Shown: one piece after another, positions 17,497-26,314 of the stretch | Layout: each line of letters begins with the position of its first letter | How positions within the stretch are numbered: the first letter of the stretch is position 1 | IMG/VR virus record: IMGVR_UViG_3300042340_000379 | Coordinates: 1-64,000 of that record | Reading direction: 5' to 3' (one strand) | DNA length: 64,000 nucleotides | Notes under the pieces: generated by a model | The model's input: the letters and a program-made list of their open reading frames with translations, nothing else | Told to the model about the DNA's origin: nothing | Databases searched by the model: none | Translations under genes and position numbers: made by a program

Positions 17497-18029
17497 TGCA
17501 AGAAAAGCTACTGTTGGGAGGAGGTTTCGCAGCATTAGTTTTTACTGTAGTATTCGCTCTGGCTAAAGGGGCAAAACTAGAAACTCCTTCAAGTGAATCT
17601 CTCATAGAAATTCCATTAGCCAAAACTGATGAAGGCCAACAATACGGCTTTGCAGCAGGTCAAGGCTTAGACGAGTTCTGTATTGCATCAGGTATGGGCG
17701 AGGTTACAATTAGCAAAAACGAAGAGTTTAATGCAATCGCCCCTTTTACTGGAGAAGTTAAGCAGATTGTTACAAAGCCAGGCTGCGAGCCCTGCCACTT
17801 TTATCAATCTCCTTTCTCTAACTACGCCCTTAAGCTGTGTGGAAACGCAAAAACAGGTAGCTACTCTAAGGGAGACGTTATAGCAACCAGTAAGCGCATG
17901 ACATTCGGCCTATTTGAGGCAATTCAGAACGAACCAGGTGCATCTCCAGTATACGAACCCAAGCCCCCAGCTGTAGGAGCTACTGAAAGTCAGTCCTACT
18001 TAAGAAAGGTGTTCCCTAACAATGAGTAG
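17497..18029 (+). CDS. membrane-anchored hypothetical protein
   Basis: MQEKLLLGGGFAALVF signal/TM start. Confidence 0.65.
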
Positions 18030-18315
18030 CTACCTAATCTCAAAAAGAAAAGCCCATCGACTCAACTCCAAAGTACCTGGAAAACACCCAGTTGTAAAAG
18101 ACGAAAGCCTGATAAATCTAATCAAGTTGCACCAAATTTGGTACAAACAAGAAGAAACCAAAAAGATTTTTAGAGCTCGCCATTACGGCCAGGATCAACC
18201 CTATACTTTGGAAAGCGCTTTTCCTGAAAGCAGCAGTAAACCGTCATATACGGCCTTAGTTGCAGAAGCTAAAGCTAGAGGTCTTTCTATACCAACCATT
18301 GATTTATGCCTATAA
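18022..18315 (+). CDS. hypothetical protein
   Basis: Overlaps neighbouring genes. Confidence 0.6.
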   Translation: MSSYLISKRKAHRLNSKVPGKHPVVKDESLINLIKLHQIWYKQEETKKIFRARHYGQDQPYTLESAFPESSSKPSYTALVAEAKARGLSIPTIDLCL

Positions 18316-18569
18316 GTTCAAAAGATACGTTAGTCAGTTTGATATCTCAAGACACAGGTCTGTCAGAAAAAACAGTCAGAGACGTTCTTACAGCTCTCTC
18401 GTCAGCAGTAGCTCAGGTCTTAAAAGAGCATAAAAAAGTAACCCTTTACGGTCTGGCAGTATGTGAAATAAAAAAGGCCGCAGATATGAGCACGATTGGA
18501 AGACCTATGACCCGCTCGGTTATTCAAATTCGACCGACCGCCACGTTCAAAAAGAACGTACTCAGCTAA
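18306..18569 (+). CDS. HU/IHF-family DNA-binding protein
   Basis: K.tLvs.Is..tgls...v...L.a, V.L.G, and terminal RPTATFKK pattern; 87 aa. Confidence 0.8.
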   Translation: MPISSKDTLVSLISQDTGLSEKTVRDVLTALSSAVAQVLKEHKKVTLYGLAVCEIKKAADMSTIGRPMTRSVIQIRPTATFKKNVLS

Positions 18570-18577
18570 GCTAAAAT

Positions 18578-18592
18578 TTTGTACTGTACAAA
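18578..18592. promoter_or_regulatory. palindromic site TTGTAYNRTACAA
   Basis: TTTGTACTGTACAAA, intergenic before ATG 18612. Confidence 0.55.
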
Positions 18593-18611
18593 TTTACCCC
18601 CGGAAACAACC

Positions 18612-19016
18612 ATGCAACTCACAATCACTGGAACTCCGACTGAGATTAAAGAATTCTTGAGTAAAGAATCTACTAAGCCTTTAGCAACAACGCTTGAGAT
18701 TCAAGAAGAAACTGCTGTAGATACTCAAGAGTCTAATGACTGCAATCTGTTTGAAAAAATTCTGGAAGTGTTGAAAGGAAATGAATTGTTTTTCCTTCCA
18801 ATAGGAAGTGAAAACTCAATCACAGCTAAAACCCTAGCCTACGACATTATTGAGATGATCGACGGCTATTCTACAGATGATTGGAACCAGGGAATAAACG
18901 CTCAACTTGTAAACTACATCAAACCTCTAGCTGCAGACCCTAATTCGGAAATTAAAATGGTAGATAACAGCGCTCTGCATTATCCGCATCTGTTCTACCG
19001 TACCCGCCTAAGCTAA
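18612..19016 (+). CDS. hypothetical protein
   Basis: ATG 18612 (MQLTITGTPTEIKEFL). Confidence 0.6.
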   Translation: MQLTITGTPTEIKEFLSKESTKPLATTLEIQEETAVDTQESNDCNLFEKILEVLKGNELFFLPIGSENSITAKTLAYDIIEMIDGYSTDDWNQGINAQLVNYIKPLAADPNSEIKMVDNSALHYPHLFYRTRLS

Positions 19017-19070
19017 AAGTTAAGAAATGCGCTAGTCTGGATAGAACCATCACTAGCGCATCAGTCGGTT

Positions 19071-20027
19071 ATGAAAAAATCTATAGCATCTCTATTTCTA
19101 GTTCTACTAAGCGCGGAACCAGCGCTGGCCTTATTTTCTACTACAGAGTACGAAATTGAAACTCCTCAAGCTATAGCAACAGTTAATGGAGTTGATTTAA
19201 AAAGAGTGCCCAACGCCCCGTTTAGAATCGCTATCTCAAGAAATAGCCCAGTTGGAGTTCTAAACCCAGACACCCAAATAAAAATTCTTGATGGGATTTC
19301 TAGAACTCAAGAAGAACTTACCCCTCCAAATGAGTTGAGTTCTGAAGTAGAAATTCAAGAAAAGGAACCCATTAAGATAGAGTTTAAGAGCCCCGCTGTT
19401 CGATTTCGCGTTAGCATTCCAGCTATTATCCAATCTAAAACAGATATTGCAAAGGCGAATGCCAATCCTGGAATAGGAGAAAATGAGTATATCCCTAGAG
19501 GCGGATTAGCCCGATCAGCTGAAAGAGTAATGGCTGACCCAGTAGGGGCCGCAGCTCTTGTTGATATTGCGAACCATTTAGGCCTAGATCCTACAGAGTT
19601 TATAGCTTTAATGTCTTGGGAAAGTGCTGGAACCCTAAATCCTAATGTCTTAGGAGGAGTTAAAAATTCCTACAAAGGACTTATTCAGTTCTCCCCTGGC
19701 AACGCTAAAAAATATGGGGTCACAGAGCAGATTAGCATTAGCCAATATGCGCCTGCTATTAAAGAATATCTGCTACATAGAGGATTTAAGCCAGGTGAAC
19801 ATAAAGACATTCGGTATGCTTACTCAGCTATTTTGGCCGGACAAGCCGGACAAAAATACTGGGGGCGAAAGGATAGCAATGGAACGAATGTTTGGAATGC
19901 TGAAAAGCACTTCAAATCAGGAGTTCACTATGAGCGGGCAAAAGCTTTCCTTGAGGCATCTCTAAAAGAAATGCCAGCTTCCAAACCCCAGCAGTATGAG
20001 ATTCCAGAAGTCGCTCTCTCATTTTAG
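19071..20027 (+). CDS. secreted lysozyme-like / lytic transglycosylase
   Basis: Signal peptide; ALMSWESAGTLNP...GLIQF lysozyme-fold motif. Confidence 0.75.
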   Translation: MKKSIASLFLVLLSAEPALALFSTTEYEIETPQAIATVNGVDLKRVPNAPFRIAISRNSPVGVLNPDTQIKILDGISRTQEELTPPNELSSEVEIQEKEPIKIEFKSPAVRFRVSIPAIIQSKTDIAKANANPGIGENEYIPRGGLARSAERVMADPVGAAALVDIANHLGLDPTEFIALMSWESAGTLNPNVLGGVKNSYKGLIQFSPGNAKKYGVTEQISISQYAPAIKEYLLHRGFKPGEHKDIRYAYSAILAGQAGQKYWGRKDSNGTNVWNAEKHFKSGVHYERAKAFLEASLKEMPASKPQQYEIPEVALSF

Positions 20028-20634
20028 AACCGTGCGGATAAAATTACCCTTTAGAGCCCTTTTAGTAATCTTGCTACTGGGCTCTTTTATTTTAAGCCTC
20101 TCTTTTACTAACAAGCCCACCACAGTTGACCAAAAACCTAAAGTACAGATTGCTCAAGTTGAAAAAATTGAAGGGGAACCACAGCCCACAACAGAAAAGT
20201 TTACAGCCCCCTCTGGATTTGCGGCCACTTCTTTTCCAGTAGGAAGTTTTCAAGGCTATACCTCTGCCTTTGGATACAGGGTTCATCCAATGAATAGAAC
20301 CACACGTTTTCACTATGGGCTCGATATTAGTGGGCCATTAGGCTCACCTCTATATGCTTGGGCAACTGGAACTGTAGTCAGAGCCCAGCATACAGACAAT
20401 AATACATGTGGAAAATATGTAGAAGTTAAATCTGGCGTTTGGACAAGTTTATACTGCCACGCCGATAGTGTGCTTGTAAACGTGGGCGATCAAGTGAAAG
20501 CAGGCGAGTTAATCGCGACATTAGGAACGACTGGATCTTCTACTGGCCCACATCTTCACTGGGGACTCAAGTATGATGGTCAGTGGGTAGATCCAAACAT
20601 TGTTCTTTTGGAGATGAAGAATATTCAATCATGA
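19996..20634 (+). CDS. M23 family metallopeptidase with N-terminal TM
   Basis: TSAFGYRVHP, HYGLD, Y.H, GSSTGPHLHW, VDP. Confidence 0.92.
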   Translation: MRFQKSLSHFRTVRIKLPFRALLVILLLGSFILSLSFTNKPTTVDQKPKVQIAQVEKIEGEPQPTTEKFTAPSGFAATSFPVGSFQGYTSAFGYRVHPMNRTTRFHYGLDISGPLGSPLYAWATGTVVRAQHTDNNTCGKYVEVKSGVWTSLYCHADSVLVNVGDQVKAGELIATLGTTGSSTGPHLHWGLKYDGQWVDPNIVLLEMKNIQS

Positions 20635-21458
20635 CTCAATTTACTCAACAGCAACTTGACGACAGCCGAGCAGGAAAATTCTCCAAGTTTCTTACAGAGA
20701 ACCCTACCAGGCAGCTAATTTCTTTGAGCGAGGAAGAAAAAGACGATCTTATAAAACAGCCAACGCCTATAATTGACAACGCCAAAAATGAGATTCTGCT
20801 TATTTTGTTAAGAGCCCTGCAAAAAAATCCTCTGGCTCAAGAAAGAGTTTACTCTGCTTATCTAAAGCAACCAGAGCTGCTGCTCCCAAAAATCCTCCTT
20901 TTACTTACAGGAAGAACTATCTCATACGAGCTCAAGTCAAAGCTAGTTTTAGGTGAGAAGGAAGAAGTTTACCGAGTCTCTATCTCCAAAAATTCAATTA
21001 GGGTGAAGTTTGAAAACTATCTCCCGGCTATCCATGCCGACGAGAAGGGAGAAGTGGTAAATATTTCACTAGCAGAGATAGATACAACAACTGGAGTTCA
21101 TCCTGTTGTAAAAGTCTATGCTTCTCTTTCGAGCAGAAAACCAATCAGCTCTTCATTAGCAGGAGCCCACCGCACAAAGATCAAGGCAACACTCGATCTG
21201 GATCAAACTTTTAACTCTGACCAATGGGCATTTTTGCGCTTGATCGTTGCCCTTCCAGATCAAAAATGGGAGGGGTTTAGCGTTTTTGTAAACCTAGTCC
21301 ATACTAAATCGGCTGAAATAGAAGCAGCGGCAAAAGAAGCGCTAAATGATTTTTTGGCTGAGAGGGGCACCAAAGAGTACAGAATTTTTCTGGATATCGC
21401 TGACTGGGGCCCTCTCAGTAAAATTCAGCTGCAAGCTAAAGCCCACGAGTTCACTTAA
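20631..21458 (+). CDS. hypothetical protein
   Basis: ATGA-coupled start at 20631. Confidence 0.65.
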   Translation: MTQFTQQQLDDSRAGKFSKFLTENPTRQLISLSEEEKDDLIKQPTPIIDNAKNEILLILLRALQKNPLAQERVYSAYLKQPELLLPKILLLLTGRTISYELKSKLVLGEKEEVYRVSISKNSIRVKFENYLPAIHADEKGEVVNISLAEIDTTTGVHPVVKVYASLSSRKPISSSLAGAHRTKIKATLDLDQTFNSDQWAFLRLIVALPDQKWEGFSVFVNLVHTKSAEIEAAAKEALNDFLAERGTKEYRIFLDIADWGPLSKIQLQAKAHEFT

Positions 21459-21663
21459 AAAGTGACCTCGCGTGAGAATGGTAAGCCCAGATTAACTGGC
21501 AGCGATTCTTCACTCCATAGATTTTCATGAGTTCTGTTAAGTAGTCAGACACTGTCTGCGCTTGCACATTCAGCTTATGAGCAATTGCTTTTGTGTTGGG
21601 ATCGCCATAGCATAGCTCAAACAGAACCGTCCTTTGAGCGAGTGGAAGTTGATTTGTAAGCAT
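21451..21663 (-). CDS. LuxR-type helix-turn-helix regulator
   Basis: L...QR.VL..L..G..TKAIA.KLNV..QTV..YL..LMK..GVKNR.QL. Confidence 0.8.
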   Translation of the reverse strand: MLTNQLPLAQRTVLFELCYGDPNTKAIAHKLNVQAQTVSDYLTELMKIYGVKNRCQLIWAYHSHARSLFK

Positions 21664-21697
21664 CTTTATTCAAAAATATAAACAAGCTATTAGTCGA

Positions 21698-22834
21698 ATG
21701 CACAATGGAATTATTTTGTACGAGGGCCCTTCATTATTAAATGGAGAGCCCATTGTTGTTATTTTGACAGGTCTAAGGGCACCGTCAGCCAACTCTAAAA
21801 CTGGCCCAATGGCTCAAGTTTGGGTTCTCCCTCAAGAGATCCCGTCAGCAGCAATCAAGGAAAAAAGAGATAACTCGGTTTGCGGAGACTGCCCCCTTAA
21901 AAGCGGTATATGTTATGTAAATCCAATCACTCTAAATAACGTGTATAGAGCCTGGGTTAAAAAGTTGTACGGCTCAACAGAAAAAGATATCGCTCAGGCC
22001 ATCAAACATATCAAACTCCATAGATGCAAAGTTCGACTGACAGCGTATGGTGAAGCGCCTGCTGCTCCCTATGAAGTTTTCGAGCCCTTCCTTAAAAGCT
22101 ATACTGGTTACACCCACCAATGGAAAAATCCCTCTATTGACCAACGGTGGAAAGGTAAACTTCAAGCGTCTGTTCACTCTCTCCCCGAAGCTGAAGAAGC
22201 CTGGGCAGCAGGTTGGTCAACGTTTAGAATCACACTTCCCCATGAGAAACCTACAGAGAATGAAACCTTGTGCTTGTATATGAGCAAGGGCCTTCAATGT
22301 TCGTCTTGTGGGTTGTGTAACGGGAAAAAGAACATTACAGATCCTATTCACGGTCTTGCTCATAAGCAAACCACTTTCAAAACTATGCGCACTAGCTATA
22401 AACCTGCTCCTAAATCTAGATACCTAAAAGCTAACCACCGTTTCTTTCATGGCACCTCGGCTGATTTCTTTAATGAACCTAAAGCCCCATTCTGGTTGAC
22501 TACCAGCGAAGAAAAAGCCCAAAGGTTCTCTGTTCCGCATGAAAACGGATATGAACCTCGAGTGCTAGCCTACAGGCTAAAACGTGGGCGCATTTTTGTA
22601 TATGACACAGAAAGTGCTTTGGACTATCTCTTTGGAAAAGAAAACATTAAACTGCTCGCATCACTATGCCAGAGTGAGCGCAACAGAAAAATTGCAGAAT
22701 TAGTTATGCGTGATCTTGCTTATGATGGAGTTCTTTTTGTAAATGATAGCGGGAAAGACGAACATAGTCTTGTAGTTTTAAATCCGACCATCATCGAAGC
22801 TGCAAAAATGCCAAAGCTTAAAATTGACCACTAG
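21698..22834 (+). CDS. Cys-rich phage protein (gp88 / radical-SAM-like) fused to a C-terminal ADP-ribosyltransferase-like domain
   Basis: NSKTG, CGDCPL..CYV, YTHQW, ASVHS, C..CGLC; C-terminal FFHGT, FWLTTS...A..FS and YDGV...E. Confidence 0.55.
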   Translation: MHNGIILYEGPSLLNGEPIVVILTGLRAPSANSKTGPMAQVWVLPQEIPSAAIKEKRDNSVCGDCPLKSGICYVNPITLNNVYRAWVKKLYGSTEKDIAQAIKHIKLHRCKVRLTAYGEAPAAPYEVFEPFLKSYTGYTHQWKNPSIDQRWKGKLQASVHSLPEAEEAWAAGWSTFRITLPHEKPTENETLCLYMSKGLQCSSCGLCNGKKNITDPIHGLAHKQTTFKTMRTSYKPAPKSRYLKANHRFFHGTSADFFNEPKAPFWLTTSEEKAQRFSVPHENGYEPRVLAYRLKRGRIFVYDTESALDYLFGKENIKLLASLCQSERNRKIAELVMRDLAYDGVLFVNDSGKDEHSLVVLNPTIIEAAKMPKLKIDH

Positions 22835-22878
22835 GCTTTAGCTTCTCTTGGTAGAGTAGAAGAAGCTTGAGCCTACCT

Positions 22879-23952
22879 ATGTCAATCCCAATCCAGTCTA
22901 AATTTTCAGCAGTTCAAGACCGTCGGCCAGTTCCTACCAGCCTAATTCCTGGAGAGTTGACTGTAGGTACACATACCTCTAGCCCAGGAGTGTACTTTAG
23001 AGACTCAGATAACAATCTAGTAAAAGTAGGGCCAACGCACATAGGTGCTTCAGCCCCTACTCCAACAAACCACGCGGTTATTCTTAAAGGAGAAACGTGG
23101 TGGGATGGGAACTCCATGAGAATATGGAGCGGAACTCAATGGGAAATTACAAATAGATTAAGCACAGATTTTCCTCTCCCTTTCTCTTTTCCAGAGATAC
23201 AACTCTCAAATCCTACCGGGAGCTCAATAAGTTTTTCCCAAGGGGCAGTTGTTTTATCAGATAACTCTGATAACCGATTATCTGTAAAAGCCACATCTGT
23301 TATTACTAAAAGCATATCAACATGGGCAGCTGGTGATGGTAACGGTTCTTTAATTGGCGGTTCAATAACTAACAATACTTGGTACCACGTATTTTGTATT
23401 CATAATCCAACAGCCAGTCTGACCGACTTTGCAATCGCTCCAACACTGACCCCGTCTCTTCCCAGTGGGTATACATTTAAGAGACGCTTGGGGTCTCTCT
23501 TAATAAATGCGGCGAGCTTTATAACTAAGTTCTTTCAGCAGGGCTCTCTATTCTTACTAGAAGAACCTCTCTATGACCTTATTGGAGTGAGAGTTCCAAC
23601 AACCAAAACAAATTATAAAGTTTCGGCCCCACCTAACGTCATTTCAAATGTAAAAGGAATACTTAGCCCTGGGCTTGCTGAAGTAGGGTCAACACTTGCG
23701 GTTAATGCGTTTAACCCTTCTATAGTTCTTGTAGCCGGGGCCAGTCCTGGGCAAGCAAGAGGAGCCAACCAAGCGTATAGCTCCTTAAACTATTTAGGTA
23801 CAGACTATGTTGTTAGTTCACATCCAGCTTGGATTACAAATGCAAGCTCAGAACTAGCTTTTCAGTCTAGCGGAACCTACAGAAACAGCGTAGGTTCAAC
23901 AACGTTTTTGACTTATGGTTGGGAAGATCTAAGTTTAGTAAGGGGCTTGTAA
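22879..23952 (+). CDS. tail fibre-like virion protein
   Basis: N-terminal PGEL...PGVYF.DS...VKVGP.H and GETWWDG..W cyanophage fibre motifs; WAAGDGNG..TWYH..P.GYT..RRLGS. Confidence 0.7.
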   Translation: MSIPIQSKFSAVQDRRPVPTSLIPGELTVGTHTSSPGVYFRDSDNNLVKVGPTHIGASAPTPTNHAVILKGETWWDGNSMRIWSGTQWEITNRLSTDFPLPFSFPEIQLSNPTGSSISFSQGAVVLSDNSDNRLSVKATSVITKSISTWAAGDGNGSLIGGSITNNTWYHVFCIHNPTASLTDFAIAPTLTPSLPSGYTFKRRLGSLLINAASFITKFFQQGSLFLLEEPLYDLIGVRVPTTKTNYKVSAPPNVISNVKGILSPGLAEVGSTLAVNAFNPSIVLVAGASPGQARGANQAYSSLNYLGTDYVVSSHPAWITNASSELAFQSSGTYRNSVGSTTFLTYGWEDLSLVRGL

Positions 23953-23954
23953 TT

Positions 23955-24692
23955 ATGCCATTCTTCAAAGACAATGGGTTAGGAGCCCCAGATTTTGCTT
24001 CTGGAGGAACTCAATGGGCAACAAACTCACACACAATTTTTTCATCTAATGCAAGTTATGACACCTATTTAAGTACAATTCCCGCTTTACCTAGTCCTAC
24101 AGTATCTTGGGATAACGTAAGCAGCAAGCCCTCAACTTTCCCGCCAAACGACACGACTTACCGAAGAATCTTACGCCACGTTTTTAATGGCACAACACAC
24201 ACTCTCACTATTAACTTTGCGGATCTTGGATTCTCAAATCCGACAGCTCTAAAATGGTCGTTTCGACTGGGTGGCACTAGAAATAACAACCCGCTTTTCT
24301 ATATGCGGTTTAATAATGTTGCGACGAACAGCAGTTATGCTGGCCGTTTTATATATAGTGGCCTTAGTGGCTCTACCGCCGATGCTAGTACCGGTGATAA
24401 CAATGCCACATTTTTAGGTAACCTCTACCTTATTGAATCAAACAATCACAACCCAATTATTGAGTTGTTTTGCTCAGGGGAAATAGCTGTGTCAAGCAAT
24501 CGGATCTACTGTCACCACACATCTCTTAGACATATAGACAACGTAACTGCTTGTGACCAGGTCATAAGATGCACGGCTGCATTTATACCCCCTCCTATCA
24601 CAACACTACAATTTAGTTGTTACTCTAACTCACTTCAAACTTTCGTTAATATCCCGAATAATTCTGTGTTTGAGATTCACTCTATTTCATGA
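23955..24692 (+). CDS. putative tail fibre / virion protein
   Basis: W.NV..KPSTFPP tail-fibre repeat; N/S/T-rich. Confidence 0.6.
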   Translation: MPFFKDNGLGAPDFASGGTQWATNSHTIFSSNASYDTYLSTIPALPSPTVSWDNVSSKPSTFPPNDTTYRRILRHVFNGTTHTLTINFADLGFSNPTALKWSFRLGGTRNNNPLFYMRFNNVATNSSYAGRFIYSGLSGSTADASTGDNNATFLGNLYLIESNNHNPIIELFCSGEIAVSSNRIYCHHTSLRHIDNVTACDQVIRCTAAFIPPPITTLQFSCYSNSLQTFVNIPNNSVFEIHSIS

Positions 24693-25165
24693 AGGAAATT
24701 ATGTTTTTGAAAAATGGTGACCAAGTAGCGGTTAATGAACAAACGTTCAGCTTGCAAGAATTTCAAGCACTAGAACCCGACTATGAATGTGAATATCTAC
24801 TCGAAAGTTACGGCCCTGATGGGCACTGGGTCAGCAATGGCCCTGGAACAGAGCGAGTGGATGGGTCAACTCTCTACCCTTCCAGACAGTCTTATCTAGA
24901 CAAAACCTATATCCTGCCTAGGGAGAAGGACTGGCTTCAACTAATTCAAGACGTAAACCTAGGGCCAATCTTGATGCCCTGGATGCTTCAGAATGCCAAC
25001 CCGAATAGCTTTTCATATCTGCTGGCAGTGGTTAATAACACGCACCGACAACCCTGGATGCTATATACAGCTCTAGGATTAGTTTTCCCTGGCGCTCCTG
25101 ACGAAATAAAGACAGAGCTAAACCAGGTGCTTTTAGACAATAATTTCAAAGAGATAGCTTTTTAA
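24689..25165 (+). CDS. hypothetical protein (possible fibre assembly)
   Basis: Coupled to the fibre genes. Confidence 0.6.
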   Translation: MKEIMFLKNGDQVAVNEQTFSLQEFQALEPDYECEYLLESYGPDGHWVSNGPGTERVDGSTLYPSRQSYLDKTYILPREKDWLQLIQDVNLGPILMPWMLQNANPNSFSYLLAVVNNTHRQPWMLYTALGLVFPGAPDEIKTELNQVLLDNNFKEIAF

Positions 25166-25339
25166 GCCATGACCAAATATTTTAGGAAACCTTCGGAACT
25201 CTGCGGGGACAGGCCTTAATGGCACTTTAACAGCACGAGCAGTGAGTTCACCAATTTCCCCATCGGTACATCCATGCTCGTTATGGCTGACGGTATCGTT
25301 TAATCAAAGACGGGGCTCAGACCCTGGCCTATTTAAGAT

Positions 25340-25354
25340 TTTGTATCGTACAAA
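25340..25354. promoter_or_regulatory. palindromic site TTGTAYNRTACAA
   Basis: TTTGTATCGTACAAA upstream of the HTH gene 25395. Confidence 0.55.
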
Positions 25355-25394
25355 AAATGCGCTAGGCTTTGATTAACCTTTAAGTCTTTGATTA

Positions 25395-25616
25395 ATGCTC
25401 CCTCCAGCTCTACAAGATTACATGCAGACGCTGTACCAGATGTGGGTACAGACAGGAGAAACTTCTGACAAGGCTTTAGCGGCTGAATTAGGAATAGAAG
25501 CTGACTCTGTAAGACAAAGAAGGGTACGCTTGTATTCAATAGTGCTTCCTGACGGGAGCCCAAGAACAATACCGAATCTTCTAAGATACTACTTGAAGAA
25601 TGCCCAGATTATCTGA
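25395..25616 (+). CDS. helix-turn-helix protein
   Basis: SDKALAAELGIEADSVRQRR.RL; palindromic site at 25340-25354 upstream. Confidence 0.7.
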   Translation: MLPPALQDYMQTLYQMWVQTGETSDKALAAELGIEADSVRQRRVRLYSIVLPDGSPRTIPNLLRYYLKNAQII

Positions 25617-25657
25617 AAGCGCTTTTGTTACCGTTAGAGAATGATTCCTCCTCTAAC

Positions 25658-26314
25658 ATGCTAGAAGACGCATTCCAGAAGAAAAACATAAATAAGGCCG
25701 TGCATCTTACGCACAACCTTCTATATACAACCGGGTATATAAAAACCAGCCAGGCCTTAGCCTCCCTCCCAACCGACCAACGGCTATGGCAACGGCAGAA
25801 CGGAGTTCTCCCTAAAGCCTTAAAGCAAATCTCAAAAACTTTCTCGTATGATGTCTATGGTGTAGTCCAAGATATTGAGTCGGGTTATGGAATAGTTCAA
25901 AGCTGCCCATCCATAAGGGCTGAGACCCTTGGTATTGATGGTTTTGAAGGCCACCCAACTCTAACGTATACGATTGGCCTAAGTGAAACCGTTAGAGCGC
26001 CCGAGTTTGTTGTCTCCGGTCTGGAACCTAAAGATGCGCATGAACTCTTAACTAACCTAGTTGAGTACCTTGTGCAAAAAACATATATTGATCTTGGGGA
26101 GCCGCTCACCTTGTACGGTAAGAAACTCCTATTTAAACAGTTTGATCCTAACCTCCAGATGTTAATGCCTATCTTGCAGTGGTATAATTCGTTCGAGCCT
26201 GTACATACCTGTCAAGTATTATGGACTCCATACCCCTGGAATGAGGGCACCCAAAAGTTATACTGGAGCTGTCCATTTAAATATGCTTACCCTAACCCAA
26301 AGCATCACCCCTGA
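25658..26314 (+). CDS. DUF4262-like protein
   Basis: TYTIGL....PEFVVSGL and QVLW..YPW motifs. Confidence 0.6.
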   Translation: MLEDAFQKKNINKAVHLTHNLLYTTGYIKTSQALASLPTDQRLWQRQNGVLPKALKQISKTFSYDVYGVVQDIESGYGIVQSCPSIRAETLGIDGFEGHPTLTYTIGLSETVRAPEFVVSGLEPKDAHELLTNLVEYLVQKTYIDLGEPLTLYGKKLLFKQFDPNLQMLMPILQWYNSFEPVHTCQVLWTPYPWNEGTQKLYWSCPFKYAYPNPKHHP

